A stretch of 64,000 nt of DNA from an uncultured delta proteobacterium (GTDB taxonomy: Bacteria; Desulfobacterota; Binatia; Binatales; Binataceae): contig CAWBMF010000011.1 of assembly GCA_963789835.1 (NCBI GenBank), forward strand, positions 9,814-73,813, read 5' to 3'. The first letter of the stretch is position 1, and every line of letters begins with the position of its first letter. Below, piece after piece: positions 37,921 through 47,513 of this stretch. Position numbers and translations under genes: made by a program. The notes beneath the pieces were generated by a model, which worked only from the letters and a program-made list of their open reading frames with translations, ran no database searches and had not been told where the DNA came from.

Positions 37921-39930
37921 CTATTTACTCCCGGCGGGCTTGCCGGTTCCGGAAAGACTAACGCTCTGCGGTGAGTTGGGCTCGTCGTCGACAATCGTCA
38001 GCGTTCCCTGTTGTGGCGTGGTGTTGATTGGCGCGAAGGTCACCGACACTTTGCAACTCTTGTGAGGCTGGAGAACTTTTTCGCACTGCGACTCTATCGC
38101 GAATTGCTGCGGCGACGCGCTTTCCATTGCGATACTCAGCGCCATGCTTCGCTTGCGGCCCGAGTTCGTGATCGTGACGGTCTTGGGCTTGCTGGTGGTG
38201 TCGACGCGCACCTTGTTGCCGAATGCGAGCGTAGCGGGCTGGAAAGTCAGCTTGCTGGGGTACATCCCGAACACGGCGAGCTGGGTCTGCGTTCCCAGAT
38301 AGACCGAGCCGTTGGCCACGGTCGGAACGGCGAACTTAACCGCGGGTCCGGGGTGATCGCTGGTCACCTGATTGCTGTCATAAAGCTCGTTGTTCAGGTT
38401 GATCGCGTCGAATGCATAGAGAATCGCGGTCCCGCCTGTCGAAAAGCCCGAAGCGTTGACGGCCCACATGATGCCGCCAGTGGTGTTATTGGCCGAGATA
38501 ACCGGCGACGCGCCCGGGAATCCAAATGTGAAGTTCCTGGCGATCGACTCGGTCGCCGTCTCGATCATTCCATTGGTGATGACAAAACTCTTCGGCTGAT
38601 CGTTCGACGCGACGGTGTAGATCATGTTCCGCACGAGGCCCTTCGCCACCTTTCCCTGCCAGTACGCGGGTGTGCTGAACATTCCACCGATTGCGCCCGG
38701 CAGTTCCTGCACCATCTGATCCATGCTGGCATTGAATCCACCCATCGAGTCGCGGTTGACCAGGTAGATCGTGCCGAGTTTGCCTATGCCGATCACAAGA
38801 TGAGGATTTGGTCCGGGCTGATCCGGCAGCAGGAGGTTGCCGCCGGAACCCATGTCGGCGTCTTCGTCATCGAGGATCAGCTCGTTGAGCGGCGTGAAGA
38901 AGCTGTCGACAGTCATGGTCCCGGGGGTGCCGATGTTGGGCGTCAATCGGATGAAGCTGTCGCCGTAGTCAATCGGCGACGCGACGGTATCGAACGTCCC
39001 GTTGCCGGTGACCGCGATCAAATCGCCGTTGGTATCGACGCCGGGGCCGCATCCCGATTCCCATATCCCGCCTTGCGAGCCATTGGGCGTATCGTCGTAC
39101 ACGATTACCTGCGCCAGCGTGGTCTCGTCATAGCCGAGAATCCATCCATGATAAGGCGTGATGTCGCAATGTGAGGCGAAGGTCAAATAAACCACGCCGT
39201 TCGCGAGCGTCAGCGCCGCGCGATCGTTCTGCAACAGCGGATCGAAAGTAACGACCCCGTTGAGGCTGGCCTCACCCGTTCCCGGGCCGCTGGCCACGAT
39301 CGTCACGGGAGAGTTCGGCTGTTCGAGCCCGGTGGTGATATCGAGTGCGTGAAGTTGCTGTTGGTAGCTGCCCGGGCCCAGCTTGACCTTCGAGACTACG
39401 AACAGAGTTCCCGTCGATGGGTCGATTACGGGCGTAGCGGTAATCCCGATGATCTTGGTCAGGTCCATGCAATCAGGTCCGAGGTCCGAGACCGGCACCG
39501 GAGTGATGCCATTGGCGGGATCGATAAAGCTGGTTTGCCAGAGCGGAGGTCCGGCCACATCCGCGTCGAACGCGTACACGCTGTCATTTTCCGTCGCGAC
39601 GTACACGACGTTGTGCGTGCCCTGGCTCGGGATCGTAACGTTCGGCACGTAGAGCGGCTCGGCATAAATGAAACCGTCGACGGCGTCGGTAAACTTCAGG
39701 CCGAAGCGCTGGGCGTTAACCTTCGAAGGAGTCAGTACGCGCTCCGCCAGGTTTTGTCCCGTGCGAAAATTATCGTTGCGGTAGGTGAACGTGCCGCTGA
39801 ACCCCGGCTCGACCGCATGCGCGGTCGCAACCGCACCGACTATCGCTGCGACCAGGGCGGCCACACCCAGAGCCGAAGCCCGCAATGTTCGCTGAATCAC
39901 TCTCCCCCTCCAGACCTCTTCGGCAAGCAT
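37921..39930 (-). CDS. secreted PQQ-like beta-propeller repeat protein with a C-terminal ASH/DUF1573-like domain
   Basis: Start at 'MLAEEVWRG...' and signal peptide 'LRASALGVAALVAAIVGAVATAHA'; repeats such as 'HNVVYVATENDSVYAFDA'; C-terminal 'LAFGNKVRVDTTSKPKTVTITNSGRKRSMALS...CKVSVTFAP...SPQSVSLSGTG' parallels the neighbour's C-terminus. Confidence 0.75.
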   Translation of the reverse strand: MLAEEVWRGRVIQRTLRASALGVAALVAAIVGAVATAHAVEPGFSGTFTYRNDNFRTGQNLAERVLTPSKVNAQRFGLKFTDAVDGFIYAEPLYVPNVTIPSQGTHNVVYVATENDSVYAFDADVAGPPLWQTSFIDPANGITPVPVSDLGPDCMDLTKIIGITATPVIDPSTGTLFVVSKVKLGPGSYQQQLHALDITTGLEQPNSPVTIVASGPGTGEASLNGVVTFDPLLQNDRAALTLANGVVYLTFASHCDITPYHGWILGYDETTLAQVIVYDDTPNGSQGGIWESGCGPGVDTNGDLIAVTGNGTFDTVASPIDYGDSFIRLTPNIGTPGTMTVDSFFTPLNELILDDEDADMGSGGNLLLPDQPGPNPHLVIGIGKLGTIYLVNRDSMGGFNASMDQMVQELPGAIGGMFSTPAYWQGKVAKGLVRNMIYTVASNDQPKSFVITNGMIETATESIARNFTFGFPGASPVISANNTTGGIMWAVNASGFSTGGTAILYAFDAINLNNELYDSNQVTSDHPGPAVKFAVPTVANGSVYLGTQTQLAVFGMYPSKLTFQPATLAFGNKVRVDTTSKPKTVTITNSGRKRSMALSIAMESASPQQFAIESQCEKVLQPHKSCKVSVTFAPINTTPQQGTLTIVDDEPNSPQSVSLSGTGKPAGSK

Positions 39931-40015
39931 CCTAGTGACGCAGGGGCGGCAGGTCCACGAGCAAAACGCGCTATCGGGGCGCTTTCGTGATATTTGGTAA
40001 ATCGAGGCATCGAAG

Positions 40016-40690
40016 GTGGACTCTCCTCCCGACGACCGCTCGCCGCCATTGCAACGGCTCGCGCGACTGTTTACACCGAACCGCTCCGCCGCGCTGCGAC
40101 AGTATCGCTCGCGTGCGCGCATCTACGACTTCGAGCTCGCGCTGTTCGAACCGGTGCGGCAGCGCGCGATAGATCTGCTGGCCCTGAAGAGCGGCGACCG
40201 GGTGCTGGATGTCGGCTGCGGCACCGGATTGAGTTTCACCGCGCTGGAGGGCTTGGTCGGCGCGGGCGGTGCGATCGTCGGAATCGAGCAGAGCCCCGAA
40301 ATGCTCGAGCGGGCGCGTACGCGGGCGGCCGAGAATAACTGGCGCAATGTCACGCTCATCTCGGCGTCGGTCGAGGAAGCGGCGATACCGATTGCGGCCG
40401 ACGCGGCGCTGTTTCATTTCACGCACGACATCATGCGGACGCGCAATGCGATCGCCAACGTCGTCAGTCATCTAAAGCCGGGCGCGCGCGTGGTCGCGGC
40501 CGGTCTCAAGTGGGCGCCGATACGGACGATGCCGCTGAACCTGTTCGTGTGGAACGCCGCCCTCCGATCGACCAGCACGCTGGAGGGCCTGGCGCGCCCG
40601 TGGAGCAATCTCGAGGCGCTGGTGCCAGGGCTCGAAATCGAGCAGATGCTCGGCGGCACGGTCTACGTCGCCAGCGGAATCGTCAAGTAA
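40016..40690 (+). CDS. class I SAM-dependent methyltransferase
   Basis: 'RVLDVGCGTGLSF' motif I; 224 aa; transcribed divergently from the propeller gene. Confidence 0.8.
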   Translation: MDSPPDDRSPPLQRLARLFTPNRSAALRQYRSRARIYDFELALFEPVRQRAIDLLALKSGDRVLDVGCGTGLSFTALEGLVGAGGAIVGIEQSPEMLERARTRAAENNWRNVTLISASVEEAAIPIAADAALFHFTHDIMRTRNAIANVVSHLKPGARVVAAGLKWAPIRTMPLNLFVWNAALRSTSTLEGLARPWSNLEALVPGLEIEQMLGGTVYVASGIVK

Positions 40691-40802
40691 AACGCCCTTT
40701 TCTGGTACAATTTTCATATAGCGGCGCCAGGCTCCGCATCCTGAATATTGGCGCAACGTCTATAAGGTATGAGGCAAACACTCATTCTCGCGGCATTTTG
40801 TC

Positions 40803-41402
40803 TTGCGATCGGCGTATGCGGATGCGGCGCTCAGCAACCGGATCAATTGCAGTCGCAATCGCACTGGCAGATCGCAATCGCAGCTTGCCGGAGCGTCTGC
40901 GCCGGCGGCGGATTCGCAACTCGTCATCGCGCCTAAAGTCGTCGACGTGCCGGCGCATCCGCTGCCCTTCAAAGGCAGATTGCTTTCCGGTGATCCGGCG
41001 GAACTTCCGCCCGCGGTCGCGATGTCCCTGTCCGATTCTTCGCCGGTGACCTTTACCTATCGCGAAGAATTGACGCACGACGACTACCATATTCCGCTGC
41101 TGCTCAGCGCGGTCGATCCGGGAAGCTGGGTTGGCAATCCGACCGGCGATATCGGCGTGACGGCGTTTGCCTCTTTGTCGATCACTGCCGGCGACACCAT
41201 CATCGGCGACTACACCGCCAAGGAACACGTCTCGAAGTCGTACAGCCTGTATACGCAGGCCAGCCACAAAGAGGTTGACGACGCCGCCCGCGTCGCAGTC
41301 CGGCAACGGCTCGATCAGAAAATCTACGCTGACGAAGCCAGGTTGGCGCAGGCCGCGGCTAGCGCGCGCAAAACTCCAACCGCATCGATCGTCGACAAAT
41401 GA
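40803..41402 (+). CDS. putative lipoprotein; its signal peptide appears to lie in another frame (ATG 40771, 'MRQTLILAAFCLAIGVCGCGAQ'), so a frameshift or assembly error is possible
   Basis: The frame-0 ORF has strong GC3 bias from about 40930 to 41402 but begins at TTG. Frame 1 supplies a textbook lipobox signal peptide, then terminates at 40935. Confidence 0.4.
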   Translation: MRSAYADAALSNRINCSRNRTGRSQSQLAGASAPAADSQLVIAPKVVDVPAHPLPFKGRLLSGDPAELPPAVAMSLSDSSPVTFTYREELTHDDYHIPLLLSAVDPGSWVGNPTGDIGVTAFASLSITAGDTIIGDYTAKEHVSKSYSLYTQASHKEVDDAARVAVRQRLDQKIYADEARLAQAAASARKTPTASIVDK

Positions 41403-41863
41403 ATCGAGGACTGCTCGCATTGTTGCTTGGCGTCGTCGTCGCGCTCGCGATCGGATGCGCCGTCGAGGGCAAACCGTTCGAAAAAATCGAGTCGCCTCCC
41501 GGTAACGCCGTCATCTACGTGTACCGCCCTTACAATTACGTCGGCTCGGCGCTGCGACCCGACATTACCTGCGGCGAGGATACGGCGCGGATCGGTCCGG
41601 GCGGTTATCATGCGTTCGTAGTTCCGGCGGGACAGAAAGTTGTGTGCAGTGTGCAGACCGACGGCGGCGAGGACGAAGTGGAATTCGAGACCGAGCGCCG
41701 CTCCTACTACGTCAGAGAAGAACTCGGCTGGGGGCGTGTGGTCGCCGGCCTCAAAATACAAACGAACTCCGAACCGCATATCAATCCGGTTGACACTGAC
41801 GTCGCGCAGACCGAGATTCAGAGCTGTTGCAAACAGGAGCCTGAAATTCGGAGCGCGAACTAA
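41399..41863 (+). CDS. DUF2846-like lipoprotein
   Basis: 'LLALLLGVVVALAIGCA' lipobox; 'VIYVYRP' motif typical of DUF2846; its ATG overlaps the upstream stop codon (ATGA), indicating translational coupling. Confidence 0.6.
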   Translation: MNRGLLALLLGVVVALAIGCAVEGKPFEKIESPPGNAVIYVYRPYNYVGSALRPDITCGEDTARIGPGGYHAFVVPAGQKVVCSVQTDGGEDEVEFETERRSYYVREELGWGRVVAGLKIQTNSEPHINPVDTDVAQTEIQSCCKQEPEIRSAN

Positions 41864-42936
41864 TGCCGGTTGAGGGTGAGCTAACACCCGTCCGCGAAAA
41901 TCATCGCTTCGACGAGCCTCGCCTCGAGCGCTATCTGCGCGAGCGGGTGCCCGACTTTCGCGGACCGCTGACCGTGCGACAGTTCGTCGGCGGGCAATCG
42001 AATCCAACTTTCCTACTCGAGACTCCCGCGGCGCGCCTGGTCATGCGCAAGAAGCCGCCCGGCACGCTGCTCCAGTCGGCGCACCAGGTCGAGCGCGAAT
42101 TTCGAATCATCAAGGCGCTCGCCACGACCGGCGTGCCGGTTCCGCGCGTGCATCTGCTGTGCGAGGACCCTTCAATCATCGGCACGGCGTTCTTCGTGAT
42201 GGACTTCGTCGAGGGCCGCATCATGCGCGATCCGATGATGCCCGATTCGAATCCACGAGAGCGCGCGGCGTGCTACGACTCGATGAACGACGTGCTCGCG
42301 CGGCTGCACCAAGTCGATTTTCGCGCGGTCGGCCTCGGCGACTACGGCCGGCCCGAGGCGTACGTCGCGCGCCAGCTCGCGCGATGGTCAAAACAATACG
42401 AAGCGTCGAAGATCGACGAGATCCCCGAGATGGATCGCCTCATCGAATGGCTCGGGCGCAACATTCCAGCGGCGGATGAGACGACGATCGCGCACGGCGA
42501 TTACCGCATCGAGAATATCGTCTTTCATCCGGTTGAGCCGCGCGTCGTCGCGGTGCTCGACTGGGAGCTCTCGACGCTCGGGCATCCACTGAGTGACCTT
42601 GCCTGGGCCTGCCGTTCGTACCACACTCCGCCCGCCATCGACGGCCTGCTGAGTTTTCAGGACATCGATCTGAAGGCGACGGGGATTCCGAGCGAGGAAC
42701 AATTCGTCGCCGCATATTGCCGCCGCACAGGCCGCGCCAGTATTCCCGATCTGATGTACTTCGTAGCGTTTTCATTTTTTCGCGGCGCTGCAATCTCGCA
42801 GGGAATTGCGATGCGCGCGAAACTCGGCAACGCCAGCGGTCCCGACGCGGCGCTGCGTGGCGCCAAGGCGAGACAGACGGCGGAAATCGGATGGGAGGTC
42901 GCGCAGAAGTGCGAGCGCGCCAGAACGAACGTTTGA
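41863..42936 (+). CDS. phosphotransferase enzyme family protein (APH / ACAD10-11 N-terminal kinase-like)
   Basis: 'IAHGDYRIENIVFHP' Brenner motif and 'VLDWELSTLGHPLSDLAW'; 357 aa. Confidence 0.75.
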   Translation: MPVEGELTPVRENHRFDEPRLERYLRERVPDFRGPLTVRQFVGGQSNPTFLLETPAARLVMRKKPPGTLLQSAHQVEREFRIIKALATTGVPVPRVHLLCEDPSIIGTAFFVMDFVEGRIMRDPMMPDSNPRERAACYDSMNDVLARLHQVDFRAVGLGDYGRPEAYVARQLARWSKQYEASKIDEIPEMDRLIEWLGRNIPAADETTIAHGDYRIENIVFHPVEPRVVAVLDWELSTLGHPLSDLAWACRSYHTPPAIDGLLSFQDIDLKATGIPSEEQFVAAYCRRTGRASIPDLMYFVAFSFFRGAAISQGIAMRAKLGNASGPDAALRGAKARQTAEIGWEVAQKCERARTNV

Positions 42937-42938
42937 GC

Positions 42939-44375
42939 ATGACGGAGATTGTAAATCTCGACGCGGTCGCGCTTTCGCGCGCGATCAAATCGAAGCAGGT
43001 TTCGTGCGTCGAGGTGATGACCGCGTACCTCGATCAAATCGAGCGCCTCAATCCACGCGTCAACGCGATCGTCTCGATTCAGCCGCGCGAGGTCCTGCTC
43101 GATGAGGCGAAGGTCCGCGACGCGCAACTCGCGCGCGGCGAGCATCTTGGCTGGATGCACGGCTTTCCGCATGCGGTCAAAGACCTCGAGCCGACCGCGG
43201 GCATCCGCACGACGATGGGCTCGCCGCTGTTCAAGAATTTTGTTCCACGCACGGACTCGATCATGGTCGAGCGCATCCGGCGCGCCGGCGCGATCATAAT
43301 CGGGAAAACCAACGTGCCGGAATTCGGGCTGGGGTCGCAAACTTACAATCCGGTCTTTGGCACGACGCTCAACGCGTACGATCAATCGAAGACGTGCGGC
43401 GGCAGCAGCGGCGGGGCGGCGGTCGCGCTCGCGCTCAGGATGGTGCCGGTGGCGGACGGCAGCGACCACGGCGGCTCGCTGCGAAATCCGGCGGCGTTCA
43501 ACAATGTGTTTGGCTTTCGGACTTCGTTCGGGCGAGTGCCGTCGCAGTTCTTCGAGGTCTTCACGCCGTCGATCTCGGTGCACGGCCCGATGGCGCGGAC
43601 GGTGCCCGACCTTGCGATGTTTCTTTCGGTGATTGCCGGGTACGACGCGCGCACGCCATTTTCGATTCGCGAGGATGCGGCAGTGTTTGCCGGATCGCTC
43701 GAGCGCGACTTCAAGGGGACGCGAATCGGATGGGTCGGCGATTTTGGCGGAAAGATGCCGTTCGATCCGGGCGTGCTCGAGCTGTGTGAGAGCACACTCA
43801 AGGTTTTCGAAACACTCGGCTGCGTCGTCGAACCGGCGAAGTTCGACTATCCGCTCGAGACTGTATGGGAAAGCTGGCTGAAGATTCGCGGTTGGCAAAT
43901 CGCGGCCGAATTCGGTGTGGCTTTTGCCGATCCGACTCAACGTGCGCTGATGAAACCCGAGCTGCAGTGGGAGATCGAACACGGCCTGAAGACGAGCGCG
44001 CTGGAAATCGCGCAGGCGTCACGAGCGCGCACCGCCTGGTATCACGAGGTGCGAAGATTTTTCGAGAAATATGATTTCATGATCGCGCCGGCCGGCCAGG
44101 TCTTTCCCTTCGACGCGTCGATCCATTGGCCGAAAGAAGTCGGCGGCGTGCCGATGGATACCTATCATCGCTGGATGGAAGTGATGATCCCGATCTCGAT
44201 GTCAGGCTGCCCCGCGCTCAGCGTGCCGGCCGGCTTCAACCAGCACGGATTGCCGATGGGCATCCAGATCATAGGTCCGAATCACGCCGAGCTGGCCTGC
44301 CTGCAACTTGCGCACGTTTACGATCAAGCAACCAACTGGGTGACGAAGCGCCCGCCGGCATTGTTGAATTCCTAA
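42939..44375 (+). CDS. amidase (amidase-signature family)
   Basis: Start at 'MTEIVNLDAVALSRAIKSK'; 'GGSSGGAAVALA' and 'GSDHGGSLRNPAAFNNVFGFRTSFGRVP' amidase-signature Ser-cisSer-Lys region. Confidence 0.85.
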   Translation: MTEIVNLDAVALSRAIKSKQVSCVEVMTAYLDQIERLNPRVNAIVSIQPREVLLDEAKVRDAQLARGEHLGWMHGFPHAVKDLEPTAGIRTTMGSPLFKNFVPRTDSIMVERIRRAGAIIIGKTNVPEFGLGSQTYNPVFGTTLNAYDQSKTCGGSSGGAAVALALRMVPVADGSDHGGSLRNPAAFNNVFGFRTSFGRVPSQFFEVFTPSISVHGPMARTVPDLAMFLSVIAGYDARTPFSIREDAAVFAGSLERDFKGTRIGWVGDFGGKMPFDPGVLELCESTLKVFETLGCVVEPAKFDYPLETVWESWLKIRGWQIAAEFGVAFADPTQRALMKPELQWEIEHGLKTSALEIAQASRARTAWYHEVRRFFEKYDFMIAPAGQVFPFDASIHWPKEVGGVPMDTYHRWMEVMIPISMSGCPALSVPAGFNQHGLPMGIQIIGPNHAELACLQLAHVYDQATNWVTKRPPALLNS

Positions 44376-44390
44376 CGAAGCTGCGTTGGC

Positions 44391-47300
44391 TCAGTCGGCG
44401 ACGTGGGATTCGGCGGGGGCGGATTTCGGGCGGCCGATGGCCCAGCGCCACAGTTTCGACCATTCGGCGCTGACGCGGTCCATGTACAGGTAGATCACCG
44501 GCGTCGTGTAGAGCGTCAGCATCTGGCTCACCATCAGGCCGCCGACGATTGCGATACCGAGCGGACGGCGCATCTCGGAGCCGGTCCCGTTACCCAGCGC
44601 GAGCGGCAGGCCGCCGAGCAGCGCGGCCATCGTCGTCATCATGATCGGGCGAAAGCGCAGCACGCACGCTTCGTAGATGGCGTCATGCGGCGATTTGCCT
44701 TCGCCGCGTTGAGCCTCGAGCGCGAAGTCGATCATCATGATCGCGTTTTTCTTGACGATGCCGATCAACAGGATGATGCCGATGAGCGCGATCACGCTCA
44801 GCTCAATGTGGAACAGCAGCAGCGCGAGAATCGCGCCGACGCCGGCCGAGGGCAGCGTCGACAAAATCGTGATCGGATGGATGTAACTTTCGTAGAGGAT
44901 GCCGAGCACGATGTACACGGCGAACAGCGCGAACGCGACGAGGAAGCCTTCGTTTTTGAGCGAGTCCTGGAACGCCTGCGCCGTGCCCTGGAAGATTCCG
45001 CGAATCCCGGCGGGCATCTTAATCTGCGCCTCGGCTTGCGTGATGGCGTCGACCGCCTCGCCCAGCGCCACACCCGGTGCAAGATTGAACGAGATGGTCA
45101 CGGAGGGAAATTGCCCGGTGTGATTGACCGCCAGTGCGGTCGTGTCGTTGGCGAAGTGGGTGAAGGTGCTGAGCTTGACCAGCTGGCCGGTGGTGGTCGA
45201 CCTCACATGGATCTGATCGAGTGAGTCGGGGTTCTGCCAGAACTGCGGCGCGACCTCCATCACGACATGGTATTGGTTGAGCGGCGTGTACATCGTCGAC
45301 ACCTGCCGCTGGCCGAAGGCGTCGTACAGCGTGTCGTCGATGGCCTGCTGCGAAAGTCCCAGGCGCGACGCGGTGTCGCGATCGACGACGACGTTGGCCT
45401 CGAGGCCGCTGTTCTGCTGATCGCTGCTGACGTCGGTGAGAATTTTAACGCTGCGCAATTTCTTGAGCACCTTCGGCGCCCATTGGTTGAGCTCGCTGAG
45501 GTCGTCGCTCTGCAGCGTGAATTGATATTGCGCGTTGCTCGATCTGCCGCCGATGCGCAAATCCTGTACCGCCTGCATATAAAGATTGACGCCGGCGATG
45601 TGCCCGACCTCCTTGCGGATGCGTCCGATAACGAGGTCGGCGCTGATCTTTCGCTCGCTGAGGGGTTTGAGCGAGATGTACATGTTCGCCGTATTGGTTG
45701 CGCCTTGGGCGCCAGTGAACGCGATGACGTTGGAGACCGCCGCATCTTTACCTATCGCCGCGACCAGTTCCTGCAGCCGCTCCTTCATCGCCTGGAATGA
45801 CGTGTCCTGGTCGGCCTGCACCGCGCCCATCAGGCGGCCCGTATCCTGCTGCGGGAAGAATCCCTTCGGCACCACCATGAACAGGTAGATGCTCAGCGCA
45901 AGTGTCCCGAGCGCGACTGCCAACGTGAGCGGCTGATGATCGAGCACCCACATCAGGCTCTTTTCGTAGCGGTCGAGCATGCCGGTGAAGAAACGCTCGC
46001 TCAAGTTGTACCAGCGGTTGTGTTTTTCCTGGTCGTGGGGCTTGAGCAGATGTGCGGCCATCATCGGCGTGGTGGTAAGCGAGATGACCAGTGAAACCAG
46101 CACGGCGGCCGACAAGGTCACGGCGAACTCGCGGAACAAGCGGCCGACGATTCCAGCCATCAGCAAGATCGGAATGAAGACGGCGACCAGCGAGATGCTG
46201 ATCGATATGACGGTGAATCCGATGCCCGCGGCGCCCTTGATCGCGGCTTCGAACGGCGACATGCCCTGTTCGCGAAAGCGCGAAATGTTCTCGATGACGA
46301 CGATGGCGTCGTCGACCACGAAGCCCGTGCAAATCGTCAGCGCCATCAGCGAGAGATTGTCGAGGCTGTAGCCGAACAGGTACATGATGCCGAAGGTGCC
46401 GATCAGCGACAGCGGAACGACGACGCCCGGAATCAGCGTGGCGCGCAGATTACGCAGGAACAGGAACACCACCATGATCACGAGCGCGATCGAAATCATC
46501 ATGGTGAATTCGACGTCATGCACCGAGGCGCGGATGGTGGTCGTGCGGTCGAGGACTACGGTCAAGTCGATGGCGGCCGGGATCGAAGCGCGCAATTGGG
46601 GCAACGCCGCGTAAATTCGATCGACGGTATCGATAATGTTCGCGCCGGGTTGGCGGAAAATAATCACCAGCACGGCCGGCTTGCCATCGACCATACCGGC
46701 GGCGCGAACGTTCTCGACCGAGTCTCTCACCAAGCCGATGTCGGAAAGCTGAACGGCGGCGCCGTTGGTATAGCGCACGATCAGCGGCTGATAATCCTCG
46801 GCCTTGAGCAGTTGATCGGTCGTGCTCAAGCCCCAGGTCTTTTCGTTATTGGCCAGCTCCCCTTTGGGGCGGTTCGCATTGGCATTGGCGAGAACCGTTC
46901 GCACGTCCTCGAGTCCGACGCCGAGGTTGCTCATCTGCGTTGGATTCAGCTCAACGCGGACGCCGGGCAACGCGCTGCCGCCGACACTGACCTGGCCGAC
47001 GCCGTCGATTTGCGAGAGCTTCTGTTCGAGGATCGAGTCGGCAGCGTCGTACATCATTCCCGGCCGTACGGCGCTCGAGGTCAGGCCGAGAATCATGATC
47101 GGTGCGTCGGCAGGATTGACCTTTCTATAGGTCGGCTTGCTCGGCAGTGTCGTCGGCAGTTGGCCGGCGGCGGCGTTGATGGCGGCCTGCACGTCGCGCG
47201 CGGCGGCGTCGATGTTGCGGTTCAAGTCGAATTGCAAAACGATGCTGGTGGCGCCGAGATAGCTGGTCGAAGTCAGTTCCGTCAGGTTGGCGATACGGCC

Positions 47301-47513
47301 GAACTGGCGCTCGAGCGGAGTCGCCACCGACGAGGCCATCGTCTCGGGACTCGCGCCGGGCAAAGACGCCTGGACCTGTATGGTGGGGAACTCGACCTGC
47401 GGCAACGGCGCGACCGGGAGCAGCCGGAACGCGATCGCGCCGGCGAGCGCAAGCGCGATGGTCAGCAGCGTGGTGGCGACCGGCTTCCTTATGAAGACTT
47501 CGGAAACACTCAT
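44391..47513 (-). CDS. mdtC: RND multidrug efflux permease, MdtC-like
   Basis: Start '[18 protein letters not shown]...[36 protein letters not shown]' closely tracks E. coli MdtC; 12-TM RND fold; its ATG overlaps the stop codon of mdtB. Confidence 0.8.
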   Translation of the reverse strand: MSVSEVFIRKPVATTLLTIALALAGAIAFRLLPVAPLPQVEFPTIQVQASLPGASPETMASSVATPLERQFGRIANLTELTSTSYLGATSIVLQFDLNRNIDAAARDVQAAINAAAGQLPTTLPSKPTYRKVNPADAPIMILGLTSSAVRPGMMYDAADSILEQKLSQIDGVGQVSVGGSALPGVRVELNPTQMSNLGVGLEDVRTVLANANANRPKGELANNEKTWGLSTTDQLLKAEDYQPLIVRYTNGAAVQLSDIGLVRDSVENVRAAGMVDGKPAVLVIIFRQPGANIIDTVDRIYAALPQLRASIPAAIDLTVVLDRTTTIRASVHDVEFTMMISIALVIMVVFLFLRNLRATLIPGVVVPLSLIGTFGIMYLFGYSLDNLSLMALTICTGFVVDDAIVVIENISRFREQGMSPFEAAIKGAAGIGFTVISISISLVAVFIPILLMAGIVGRLFREFAVTLSAAVLVSLVISLTTTPMMAAHLLKPHDQEKHNRWYNLSERFFTGMLDRYEKSLMWVLDHQPLTLAVALGTLALSIYLFMVVPKGFFPQQDTGRLMGAVQADQDTSFQAMKERLQELVAAIGKDAAVSNVIAFTGAQGATNTANMYISLKPLSERKISADLVIGRIRKEVGHIAGVNLYMQAVQDLRIGGRSSNAQYQFTLQSDDLSELNQWAPKVLKKLRSVKILTDVSSDQQNSGLEANVVVDRDTASRLGLSQQAIDDTLYDAFGQRQVSTMYTPLNQYHVVMEVAPQFWQNPDSLDQIHVRSTTTGQLVKLSTFTHFANDTTALAVNHTGQFPSVTISFNLAPGVALGEAVDAITQAEAQIKMPAGIRGIFQGTAQAFQDSLKNEGFLVAFALFAVYIVLGILYESYIHPITILSTLPSAGVGAILALLLFHIELSVIALIGIILLIGIVKKNAIMMIDFALEAQRGEGKSPHDAIYEACVLRFRPIMMTTMAALLGGLPLALGNGTGSEMRRPLGIAIVGGLMVSQMLTLYTTPVIYLYMDRVSAEWSKLWRWAIGRPKSAPAESHVAD

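Noticed and set aside
40510-41049. 179-aa Arg-rich + strand ORF
   Set aside because: It overlaps the 3' end of the SAM-MTase gene and the lipoprotein ORFs; the highly Arg-rich translation is typical of a wrong frame in GC-rich DNA.
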